A stretch of 64,000 nt of DNA from Candidatus Latescibacterota bacterium. GTDB lineage: Bacteria; Latescibacterota; UBA2968; SICM01. The notes below the pieces were generated by a model. That model saw only the letters and a program-made list of their open reading frames with translations, did no database searches and was not told where the DNA came from. Below are positions 53,501-62,273 of this stretch, piece after piece. The DNA lies in the NCBI GenBank assembly GCA_965217865.1, contig CBDCJO010000002.1:3584001-3648000 (forward strand), given 5' to 3'. Within the stretch, counting starts at the first letter, position 1; every line of letters begins with the position of its first letter. The position numbers were made by a program, and so were the translations under genes.

Positions 53501-54265
53501 GGCTCCCTTCTTCCTTTACACCCGGAACGCGTCCGTGGGGTGGCTGCAGGTCCGGATCGCATTCTCCTCACCTGGACGGATCAGGAAGGGGTCGGATACC
53601 GGATCTACCGGGGCACTTCGCCGGACAGCCTTTTTGCAATCGCGGAGGGAATCGTGGCCGGTACCTATCTCGATACGCTGTTGACCGGGGAAAGGACCTA
53701 TTTCTACGCTGTCGCGGCCGTAGACGACCTAGCAGGGGAAGAATCGCGGTCGGGGATCGTCTCGGCACGGCCTTCCGATCTGTTCTCAACGCCTTTGCGG
53801 GCAGAGCCCCTCTCCCGCCGACACATCGCCCTTCTCTCCCAGCCCAGGCTTGAATTCGAATCCGCCCAAGAGCCTCGCAGATATCTTGTTCTGCCCGACT
53901 CTATCACCCCCTCATCCGCGATCCTGGATCAGGGCGGCCACCGGGTGGTGCTTGGACTGAAGGAGGCGCTCGGCACAGGGAGGACATACAGCCTCGTTGT
54001 TGAGGGTTTGAGAGACTCAACGGGGGGACCGGTGGACTTTCCGGTCAACCGGATCGTCGTCTCCTTCTCGATAGGTTCTGAGGGGCCGCTCTTTGCTCCG
54101 TTCGATCTTGATCGGAACGGTGAGGTGGGGTTTCCGGACTTTTTTCTTTTCGTGGAGGGCTTCGGAACCAATCTTCCCAGGTTCGATTTCAACGGAGATG
54201 CCAGGGTGGACCTGTCAGACTTTTTCCTTTTTGCCGAAGCCTTCGGCAAGGAAGCTGGGGAATAG
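50546..54265 (+). CDS. Secreted S8 subtilase with FG-GAP repeats, FN3-like domain and EF-hand/dockerin-like tail
   Basis: Catalytic triad AIIDSG, HGTHV, SGTSQATP; repeated D.DGDG..EI; FDLDRNGEVGFPDFFLF. Confidence 0.9.
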   Translation: MPISFFALLLPLFSLNADTLPQYAPREILIKYHPHSRSKPAVSRLARRVGVLSEVPLLPQRRIGAAKPVRNSEDLELVSKLRLAPGTDVAGAVKAYQASGMVEYAQPNYLYRTMDAPNDPRFSDQRDLQTINWLAGWELNLPAGKTSVIAIIDSGLDYLHEDIEPVLWTNSSEVDGTTGVDDDRNGYIDDIRGWDFTDALDIAGSGDYLDRDNDPMDEGGHGTHVGGIAGAAVDNEVGIAGASPSSRLMALRAGFIFEGSTFLEDDDIAAAIAYAVENGADVINASWGCDEISQVIRDAVRYAARNGVTIVAAAGNGGTASLVYPAALSEVVSVAALDPQGSLASFSSFGEALDLVAPGVGVLSTRLGGGYQSRSGTSQATPFVSGLAAWILALNPKFSPEQVRADLKVSATDVGNSGRDATFGSGRIDVAASLASLSAPFVQIITPPSGFGVSSSVEVTGVAGETGTAYRLEWGSGTDPVTWALIEEGAAEGRLQTLGTWTVTGLPDAVYSLRLLAFPKDGKEVESRAIQTLDRTPPVFVRQGVVSRLDSAVSRYWVEWATDDRVETTLHIRSSGAVTTVEVSGIVEENSNPLPDGLPPGPTSVSLLARSISGLSSQSPDTTFDLMTEFVSSQGFTQVATLPDGYLINRPSDMDGDGRPEIALMPYIPGQPFGRVKLYEKGEEWSLNEIFTSDEDFLPWNVGDVNGNGRQELMGANVGRLRLFEGASEGELPTEAIVDMSDTWGGDLADLDADGRPEIVARSNPQHSLRVLKWVGSSLSEVGLLSNTTDGENNLGPRYAIADFDGDSRLEIVSGDSDGDLILFERMEDGTYATTWTEIGRPNADARILNGGADLDGDGRLEFIVARTDSLPGDDVERRWIVSVYQSSGDDTYSVEWQMEIHGVSSTGNGVAIGDLTGDGKVDFAVCALPDLYLFTGAGTDDYRAIWYIPVDLTYLPVISDLDENGRPEIAFNQGGMVRLFERDEGSLLPLHPERVRGVAAGPDRILLTWTDQEGVGYRIYRGTSPDSLFAIAEGIVAGTYLDTLLTGERTYFYAVAAVDDLAGEESRSGIVSARPSDLFSTPLRAEPLSRRHIALLSQPRLEFESAQEPRRYLVLPDSITPSSAILDQGGHRVVLGLKEALGTGRTYSLVVEGLRDSTGGPVDFPVNRIVVSFSIGSEGPLFAPFDLDRNGEVGFPDFFLFVEGFGTNLPRFDFNGDARVDLSDFFLFAEAFGKEAGE

Positions 54266-54269
54266 TCTG

Positions 54270-54518
54270 AATCGTGGTCCGTGGATCGGAAAAGCCGGGG
54301 TCCGTGGATCGTGACTCGGAAAAAACCGAATCCTATCGATAAAAATCCTTTGCCGTTCCTCCAATTATTCGCATCGATTCTTAACGAATCACGAATCACG
54401 AATCACGAATCACGAATCACGAATCACGAATCACGAATCACGAATCACGAATCACGAATCACGAATCACGAATCACGAATCACGAATCACGAATCACGAA
54501 TCACGAATCACGAATCAC
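54270..54518. repeat. Composite heptamer-arm element, type B, (GAATCAC)19
   Basis: GTGGATC arm, type-B core, perfect repeats 54386-54518. Confidence 0.9.
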
Positions 54519-54532
54519 GGGGGGGAAATCGA

Positions 54533-55328
54533 ATGAACGCATACCAGGTCTCAACCTATATCGGCTCCGATGCCTTGACCTTGTTTCAGAAACGGGGTTA
54601 TCATATCCACGGCCGGTTGTTCTCGCCCGAGGAGATCGACGCCCTCACGGCCGCCTGTGAAGGTGTATGCCAGGGGACTTATGAAACGGGCAGGCCTCCC
54701 GACAGCATCTAACGAGACCATTTTCAAGGCGGTCACCAGCGAAAGGCTCGGGCACGTGGCCGCACAACTCCTGGGAGCCCCTTCCATACGGCTCTGGCAC
54801 GACCAGCTCAGCTACAAACCCGGAAATGGGGGGAAGGTGATCACCTGGCACCAGGACTGGATGTACTGGCAGATGATCTCAGAACCCAAGACCATCACCT
54901 GTTGGATCGCTCTGGATGACGTCGAACCTGAATCCGGGCCGATGATCTACCTGGAGGGCAGCCACAAACTGGGACTCCAGCCCAAGCCGTCCGGGATCAG
55001 CGGAGACGACCCTCAGAAACCGGTTATGCCCGACGGATCGGCACTTAAGGAGGTGCCGATCCTGATTCAATCGGGCCAGGTCGTGTTCCATCACGGCCTG
55101 ATGCTTCACGGGAGCCATAAAAACTGGAGTCTGAAGGCAAGACGTGCCATGGTCTCCCACGTCATGTCCGGCGAATGCACCTACCGGTATGTCGGTCGAC
55201 ATATCTGCGAGAAGATGATGGAGACTTATTCAGAACATCCCGGTCCGGGGGAACCCTTCAGGGGGCCCCAATTCCCGCAGATGTGGCCCGTGTCAATTGG
55301 GGATTGTGGAATGCGGATTGCGGGTTGA
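54533..55328 (+). CDS. Phytanoyl-CoA dioxygenase family protein; broken near 54710
   Basis: FQKRGY N-terminus in one frame; WHDQL, WHQD, WIALDD, HHGLMLHGS in another. Confidence 0.8.
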
Positions 55329-55471
55329 AGATCTGGAAATGGATTCCTGCTACAACCTCTCGCTGGATCTTGAATCCCGGAATCAAAAGCGCCTTCGTCG
55401 ATCCGTTCATCGATTGACGAAGGCGCTTTTTTAATCCAAAACCGGATTGGACCGGACCGAAAGCGGACACC

Positions 55472-56213
55472 TTACCGGATTTTTGCTGCAAAGGAATTGG
55501 GGCCAGGCTCCCTTCCCTCAAGGAAGTAGGGGAACGGGTTTACCCAACGACCGTCTCGTTTTATGCCGTAATGGAGATGCGGCGCCGTCACCCTTCCGGT
55601 TCTGCCCAGGTACCCGATGATCTGACCCCGTTTGACCCGATCCCCACGTCTCACGGAAAATCTCTGAAGGTGCGCGTAGACGGACTCAAGTCCATATTTG
55701 TGATCGATGAGGATATAGTTTCCGAAATTACCGTCTTTTCGACGCACTGAGACTTTTCCGTCCGCTGTGGCAATCACAGGTGTCCCGATTCTGTTGCAGA
55801 TGTCGACCCCGCGGTGCATATGGAGGGCGCCGGTGAAGGGATCCCGGCGGCGGCCGAATCGGGATGAGATCCACGAGTCTGGGCGAGGTACCGGAGATAT
55901 CGATGGGGTATGGTTTCGGATTATCGATATCATTCTCCAGCACATCGCCGATCTCATAGAAACTGCCCTTTAACCGTCTGGCTTCTTGAAGAAGGTGGTC
56001 CATGTCCAGGCGTGCCCGGTGAATCCCCGGGGTGGGGGGACTCTCCGGGATCGGATGCACGACAATAGAGGCCCTGGGTTGGAGGTTGGCCATCTGGAGC
56101 AGCTTATCTTCGCTTGAAACGAGGTACTTCATCTCCTCACGTAAATCGGCCAGTTCTGTAGCCAGATCTTCCAAACGCCCGGACAAAACCCGATTTTCGA
56201 TTTCGAGCATCAC
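55472..56213 (-). CDS. M23 family peptidase; frameshifted, start uncertain
   Basis: ISSRFG.R.DPF, HRGVD, YAHL, TAPHLHY; coiled N-terminal part in ORF 55728..56213. Confidence 0.82.
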
Positions 56214-56507
56214 GAACCGGGTAATCCAGATCGGGGGATATCAGGCAAATGGTCCCAATCCATATTCGACCCAATCCACTAAACCGCATAGGCCTCCTAT
56301 AGCATGCTGAACTAACGGAGGGGAAAGCCGGAGGGGGGATTGAACGGCGATATCGTAATTGGGGAGAAAAGGGACGATCGAGGAAGGTCCCGGCCAGCCG
56401 GGGTTGTTTTTGATTATAAATCAGTGTTTAAACAAATCGTTATATAATATATATGATCATTCCGCTTTCAAGTCAAGTATTTATCTGCTCTGAAACCAGG
56501 ACGGAAT

Positions 56508-56875
56508 AGCCGGGGATCGTGGTTCGTGGATCGGAAAAGCCGTGGATCGTGGTTCGTGGATCGGGGATCGGGAAAGCCGTGGATCGTGGTTTGTTTGATC
56601 GGGGTTCGGAAAAGCCACTAATCTGAATCCATTCAAAAACCTTTGACTATTCCTCAAAAAATTCGCATCGATTTTTAACGAATCACGAATCACGAATCAC
56701 GAATCACGAATCACGAATCACGAATCACGAATCACGAATCACGAATCACGAATCACGAATCACGAATCACGAATCACGAATCACGAATCACGAATCACGA
56801 ATCACGAATCACGAATCACGAATCACGAATCACGAATCACGAATCACGAATCACGAATCACGAATCACGAATCAC
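56508..56875. repeat. Composite heptamer-arm element, type B, (GAATCAC)28
   Basis: Long GTGGATC/GTGGTTC arm, type-B core, perfect repeats 56680-56875. Confidence 0.9.
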
Positions 56876-56879
56876 GGAC

Positions 56880-57755
56880 TCATGTAGAATCAGGATATTT
56901 CCTTCCTCCCTGTTTTGCCCCGGCAATCTCGTGCCAATCGTATACCTTTCGGATTCTGAGGTTGTATGAAAACATTGCTTCCAACAACTGGTGATCGATC
57001 TTCAGTTCGCGACATCGACCGATAATCGCGCCCAGGTCCTTGGGGAAACATTTCCCACCGAATCCTCTTTCGGTGGTGACATTCAAGTGGCTCGGTCCGA
57101 TTCTTTTGTCAATCGCTACCGCTTCTTTGACATCGTCATAGCTTACCTCTTCTGCGTGGCAGATATCGTAAAAGATGTTCGAGATGGCGACTTTCGCGGC
57201 AAGCATCACATTACACTGGTACTTTACGATCTCTGCAGCAGCACTGCTCATCCGGACGATTCGTGTGGTTGGGAAACAGGTTCGATAGAGGTCGATTACC
57301 TTTTGCCCAATCCAGTCGTTGTCAGCTCCTACGACGGTTCGATCTGCGTTGATGAAATCCTCCAGGTAATTCGCCTCCGTGAGGAACTCGGGATTGAACG
57401 CAAAGGGGACCTCGGGATATGTGTTGGAATATCGACGTGTCGTACCCGGGACGACGGTGGATTTAATGACAACCGGTTTTCCTTGACCCGCGATACGGGG
57501 ACAGATCTCCTCCATCATCCGATCACATATGGACAGATCTATACGGAGTTCTTCTTCGTGAAATGGGGTGGGGAGACAGATGAAGATCAATTCGCTTTGG
57601 TCCAGTACGACATCCAGTTCATCGCTCTGTTTATATTTGTCGTAGATGAGGATCTTGTGTTTGGGCTCTTTGCCCCGCTCTCGATCGCGGTCTGCAAAGC
57701 CGTAGGCCACCGCTCTTCCAACAAAACCGTTCCCGATAATACCGATTGTACTCAT
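56880..57755 (-). CDS. UDP-glucose/GDP-mannose dehydrogenase family (short form, no C-terminal UDP-binding domain)
   Basis: IGNGFVG, IKSTV, NPEFL, GFGGKCFPKD. Confidence 0.85.
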   Translation of the reverse strand: MSTIGIIGNGFVGRAVAYGFADRDRERGKEPKHKILIYDKYKQSDELDVVLDQSELIFICLPTPFHEEELRIDLSICDRMMEEICPRIAGQGKPVVIKSTVVPGTTRRYSNTYPEVPFAFNPEFLTEANYLEDFINADRTVVGADNDWIGQKVIDLYRTCFPTTRIVRMSSAAAEIVKYQCNVMLAAKVAISNIFYDICHAEEVSYDDVKEAVAIDKRIGPSHLNVTTERGFGGKCFPKDLGAIIGRCRELKIDHQLLEAMFSYNLRIRKVYDWHEIAGAKQGGRKYPDST

Positions 57756-57804
57756 ATCCTGGCTATCTCCACGAAAATCACTGAATTTGATTCTCTCCTG
57801 AACC

Positions 57805-59160
57805 TTATAACTTTACAATTTTTCCCTCTCCATCGCTTACGCCCTTAGTGGCGTTTCGTGTATCCACAATGCACCTGGCGTGTGTCACAAGCCAGGAATA
57901 GTCGTGCATGCTGTGATTTGTCACGATAACAACGCAGTCTGAGGAGGCTATTGTTTTCTTATCCAGGGAAACGGACCGGAGCAGTTCGCCATCAACAGTG
58001 ATTTCATCGATATAAGGATCGTGAAAAGAGATGTTTACACCTTTTTTCATCAGAATTTCGATGACTTCCAGGGCCGGAGACTCCCGAATATCAGCCACAT
58101 CCGGTTTGTAGGTGACCCCCAGGACAAGGATTGACGATCCTTTGAGGCTCCGTTCGAACCGGTTGAGCGCATCCCCCACCTTGGACACGACGTAGGCGGG
58201 CATACCCCGTGTCACCTCACTGGCAAGCTCGATAAATCGGGAGTTGAAATTGAGGCCTCGGAGTTTCCAGGCCAGGAAGTGGGGATCAACCGGGATGCAA
58301 TGTCCCCCCAGACCCGGCCCGGGATAAAAGGGCAAGAAGCCGAACGGTTTTGTCGCGGCCGCATCGATCACTTCCCAGACGTTGATCCCAAGCCGATCGC
58401 ACATCAGAGCCACCTCGTTTACCAGCGCGATGTTCACGCTGCGAAACGTATTCTCCAACATCTTCACCATCTCGGCTGCCTGTGAGGATGAGACCGGTAC
58501 AACCTCTGAGATGAACTGCGTGTAGAACAAGACACCCATCTCTGTGCAGGCCGGAGTTATCCCACCCACCACTTTCGGTGTGTTCTTCAGGGTGTGGACC
58601 TGATTTCCGGGGTCCACCCGCTCCGGAGAAAAGGCCAGAAAGAAATCCTCTCCCGCCTTCAGGCCCTTTCCCTCAAGCAAGGGCAATACCAGTTCGTAGG
58701 TGGTGCCGGGATATGTTGTACTCTCCAGGATCACCAGCTTATCCGGATGGAAACGGGCGTGGATTTCTTCGAAGGCATTCATAATGAAGGAGACATCCGG
58801 ATCACGAGTCTTATTCAAGGGGGTGGGTACACAGACAACAATCACGTCCATCTGATCGATGACCGTGAAGTCCATAGTTATCTTGAACTTCCCGACTGCT
58901 TTCATCCCTGCAACCTCGAAATCCGGCACCCCCTGGACATCCGAATTGCCTGCGTCGAGCCGAGATACCTTTTCGGGGGAGGTATCCACGCCCGTCACCT
59001 CAAACCCGGCTTTCCCCAGCTCCACCGCCAGGGGCAGGCCCACGTATCCCAGGCCGACGACGGCTACCTTTGCCGATCGAGTTTGGATCTTTTCACGCAG
59101 TTTCGAGGGATCCGATTCCATAATCTTTTTACCATGTCTTGATAAACTATCTTGATTCAT
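57805..59160 (-). CDS. Nucleotide-sugar dehydrogenase (UDP-GlcNAc/ManNAc 6-dehydrogenase, WbpA/WecC-like)
   Basis: GLGYVGLP, ESTTYPG, SPERVDPGN, GLGGHCIPVDP. Confidence 0.9.
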   Translation of the reverse strand: MNQDSLSRHGKKIMESDPSKLREKIQTRSAKVAVVGLGYVGLPLAVELGKAGFEVTGVDTSPEKVSRLDAGNSDVQGVPDFEVAGMKAVGKFKITMDFTVIDQMDVIVVCVPTPLNKTRDPDVSFIMNAFEEIHARFHPDKLVILESTTYPGTTYELVLPLLEGKGLKAGEDFFLAFSPERVDPGNQVHTLKNTPKVVGGITPACTEMGVLFYTQFISEVVPVSSSQAAEMVKMLENTFRSVNIALVNEVALMCDRLGINVWEVIDAAATKPFGFLPFYPGPGLGGHCIPVDPHFLAWKLRGLNFNSRFIELASEVTRGMPAYVVSKVGDALNRFERSLKGSSILVLGVTYKPDVADIRESPALEVIEILMKKGVNISFHDPYIDEITVDGELLRSVSLDKKTIASSDCVVIVTNHSMHDYSWLVTHARCIVDTRNATKGVSDGEGKIVKL

Positions 59161-59184
59161 ATGAATCGCCCATCGGGTGTGAAC

Positions 59185-59759
59185 TCAAGACTTAGTTGGA
59201 GTGGGATTTTGATTCAACGCGGTGTAACACTCGGGCTTTAAGACACCTACAAAAGGCAGATTCCGATATTGCTGATTGAAGTCGAGACCATAACCGACCA
59301 CAAATTCGTCGGGGATGGTGAACCCGCAGTATTCGATCGGAATCTCGATAGCACGGGTGGCGGGTTTGTCAATGAGAGTACACACCTTAAGACTTTTAGG
59401 CCCACGGGCGTTGAGGCTTCGAAGCAGGTAGTTCAATGTGAGACCCGTGTCTATGATTCCCTCGACGATTAGGACGTGACGTCCCGTGATGCTTATATCC
59501 AGATCTTTGAGGATGCGTACGACACCGGAACTCTGTGTAGACTGGCCATAACTGGAAATGGCCATCGATTCGATTTCGACATGAATTGTTATTTCCCGAG
59601 ACAGGTCCGACAGAAAAAAGAGAGAACCTTTCAGGATACCGATGAGGACGATTGGCCCATCCAGGGCCCCGTAATCCTTAGAGATCTGCCTTCCCAGGGA
59701 TTTCACTTTTTCAAGGATGGCCTGGGGATCGATCAGGATCTTATGAATATCTTTGGTAA
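59185..59759 (-). CDS. hpt: Hypoxanthine phosphoribosyltransferase; start codon missing at the IS junction
   Basis: GILKGS, ISSYG, VLIVEGIIDTGLTL, FVVGYGLD. Confidence 0.88.
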
Positions 59760-60626
59760 TTAGGAAGATATTGGTACCAGATTCACCAGATATGAAGCAA
59801 TAATTGGGAAGAGATCCTCGTCTTCTTGGTTGAATCTGAACTCTGTTTCCTTCAGGTATAAATGGAAATGATGTCGAGGGATTCCTCTGTATTGATATAG
59901 CCAATTTTTAGAAAAACTCCAGAAGCCTTCGATGCCATTGATGTGATGTCGGCCTTTGCCTTTGGGCACCCCTTCTTCTTTTCGAACAACCACGTGGTCA
60001 CCTTTGACTGACAGCCAAGTGTAGGCGTGCCAGTCATCGGTGTAGTATAGACTGCCTGCTTTGGTGTGTGAGGTCACAAGCGGTGTAAGGGTGTTTCGAC
60101 TTCGATCCGGAATGGGAAAGGTGAGGACTTTTCCGTTCCTCTGATAAAGCCCGAAAACCAAGTGTTTTCCGGCTGCTCCCCATCCACGCTTACCCTTATG
60201 ATGACCTCCATACATCGCCTCGTCCAACTCGATCTCACCCCAAAGCACCTGGTCCGTAAAGCTATGATCGTAGATGGCCTGGCGAAACGTGGTATAAATC
60301 CGCTGAGCCGTTTTCAGCGATACGGACAGGTAGTGCCTGGATCGGTAAGAGGGCACTCCCAATACAAACAGATAAAGTAAATGGGCAAGCTCGTCAAATG
60401 AAATTCGAAGCCTTTCAAGATAAGTGCCCGTGAAATCTTTAAACCGATATCCACACCGTGAACACCTGAACCGATCGTCTTTTAATAAGGGCAACCTGCG
60501 CTGATAATCGCAGCTTGGACATCGCCTTTTTCCACCCCAACGGGCTGCACGAAAATAGGCCCTACTTATCTTGCAGTCATTTGCTAACTCTAAGCGCAGC
60601 AAACAGTTGTATTATAATATCTTATA
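59760..60626 (-). mobile_element. IS1595-family insertion sequence (transposase 59760..60602)
   Basis: Zn ribbon CPSC..CSRC, ELDE.MYGG, YTDDW, HINGIEGFWS, YLKETEFRFN; weak end repeats TTAGGAAGATATT / AATATCTTATAA. Confidence 0.88.
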
Positions 60627-60684
60627 AAAAAAGACGATCAAGTTATAAATTTACATCTGTTTTAAAAATATATTGAAAAACCGC

Positions 60685-60713
60685 TTGACATCCAAGGAAC
60701 AAATGATTATATT
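60685..60713 (+). promoter_or_regulatory. Sigma70 promoter for the ncRNA candidate
   Basis: TTGACA-17 bp-TATATT with AT-rich upstream; no + strand ORF follows. Confidence 0.65.
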
Positions 60714-60720
60714 ATCTGAC

Positions 60721-60873
60721 GAACCCCAAGAGGTCCTAAAATTTCTCTGAAACGCGGGTCGGAAGGTTCTGGAACCTCCTCTCAGCTAAGTTGATCAAGG
60801 GTTAAAGCGAATCGAGTAAAGCTGAGGGCAAGACCGAAGGATGCAGAGAATTGATAAAGGTCACTTGGGGTTC
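60721..60873 (+). ncRNA. Unassigned structured RNA candidate (~153 nt)
   Basis: Nested pairings GAACCCCAAG/CTTGGGGTTC, TTCTCTG/CAGAGAA, GGTC/GACC, CTCAGCT/AGCTGAG plus hairpin AGGTTC/GAACCT; starts about 7 nt after the -10. Confidence 0.55.
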
Positions 60874-61843
60874 ACTGTTTTTTATTCCCAACCATCTGAT
60901 TAAGGCCATACTTATTCAGCAGGTTGTGGAAATCCCTCCTGTAAAATATCCGCACGTTTACGTCAGGATAGAGCTTTTTCAACCGACGTAACTTGCGGTT
61001 TTTTTTGGTCACCAGGCTCTGCTTCAGGGTGGTCAATTCGATAAAGGTATCCGAATCGACCAGGTAGAAGTCGGGTGAGAATGCCTCCGTTACTCTCCCT
61101 TCCCCATCCCATTCCAGCGGAAACGTCTTCGGTTCGAATTCCCACTGTATTTGATAAAAATCCAGTATTCTTGCGAACTCCTCTTCGCTCGTGTTTGAAA
61201 AAGCCGGTTTTTTTCCGTTCGGGGAGGGTTGGGTAACTGTTCCCGGAGGTTCGGATCTCTCCGTTTCAGGGAGGTGAACCGTCAGGGACCGCTGACCGAC
61301 GGCATTTACGATGATCTGGACGCAGGCCTGAACATCGAGCCGATCTGTGGAAAGGATGATATCATAGAGAAGGGGGTCATCGATCTTCCGACCATAGAGG
61401 GACTGGATGAAGCGGGCTTGATTCCGTTCCGCTTCCCTTAATGATTCAAGGGCGTGTTCTCGATCGGGTCCCAGCACATCAATCGTCCGTGACATACGGG
61501 TTTCTTCGAAGGCGAAGAATCGGACGTGGAGCGCATCCTGAAAATCCTGGAAGATACACTGGCCACCCCGTCCCAGGAGGATGAAATTCTCCTTCTCCGA
61601 CTTGTCCCTTATGAAAGAGTCGACGAGGTCAAGATAGAGCTTCCGATCGGAGAGGAGCCTTTCCCAGAATGAAGGGGCACGTTCCTGGATCTGGTCCAGA
61701 TCCCCTTCGTCCAGGCCGTATTCCAGGACCAGATGTTCCAGGCCCTTTCGATCGATGAGTACAAACCCAAGCCTTTCAGAAAGGGATTGGGCAACCTCTT
61801 CTCCGTTGCTTCCGAGTTGTCGGGAGATGGTGATGACGGCCAT
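60872..61843 (-). CDS. Cytidylate-kinase-like domain fused to a PD-(D/E)XK-like domain
   Basis: ITISRQLGSNG, LGRGG, YDIILST; C-terminal SEEEFARILDFY..W.FEP...FSPDFYL...FIELTT. Confidence 0.8.
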   Translation of the reverse strand: MAVITISRQLGSNGEEVAQSLSERLGFVLIDRKGLEHLVLEYGLDEGDLDQIQERAPSFWERLLSDRKLYLDLVDSFIRDKSEKENFILLGRGGQCIFQDFQDALHVRFFAFEETRMSRTIDVLGPDREHALESLREAERNQARFIQSLYGRKIDDPLLYDIILSTDRLDVQACVQIIVNAVGQRSLTVHLPETERSEPPGTVTQPSPNGKKPAFSNTSEEEFARILDFYQIQWEFEPKTFPLEWDGEGRVTEAFSPDFYLVDSDTFIELTTLKQSLVTKKNRKLRRLKKLYPDVNVRIFYRRDFHNLLNKYGLNQMVGNKKQ

Positions 61844-61893
61844 TGCAAGCCAGAAGGGAGGAACTTCTCAAGAGGATAAAGAAAAACTGATCT

Positions 61894-61922
61894 AAGATAG
61901 AGGAATGACAAGAGGTTGTCAA
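61894..61922 (-). promoter_or_regulatory. Sigma70 promoter of the cmk-like gene
   Basis: Minus strand TTGACA-17 bp-TATCTT. Confidence 0.6.
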
Positions 61923-62273
61923 GAGAAAAGGGTGGAAACAGAACAGCCCCGGGGTTAAAAAACCCAGGGGCCAACCGTCAAATTTATGGATTCAAGTCGG
62001 GGCGGTGGCCATCCCCTTCCGCCGCTTCCGCAATCTTCCTCTCCCGTTGTTGTGAAGATGGCGGGTATATTCGTCGGATTATAACCACACGCCCCGCAAA
62101 CAGCTTGATCTCCTTACCTCTGTCATCAATTGATGCACAAGGCCCCTGAGGGAGTAACCTTACCCGTTGGGAGGGAGGGTTACGAATAAGGTAAGTCGTC
62201 CTTCAGAGGCCTCATGGTATAAACGATTAACCGGACAGGTGGTTCCTAAATTCTCGAGGCCATTCTCCGAAAT

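Noticed and set aside
54281-54532. Protein with RITNHES repeats fused to PhyH (also ORF 20043..20237)
   Set aside because: Open only because the heptamer lacks stops; PhyH has its own ATG at 54533 after a G-rich RBS
54386-56875. CRISPR array interpretation of the tandem repeats
   Set aside because: 7-bp units with no spacers and no cas genes
60755-60790. TPP riboswitch on the minus strand (GCUGAGAGG-hairpin-CCGACCC)
   Set aside because: Lacks the downstream GAACCUGAU...GGGA core and the 5' GGGG partner
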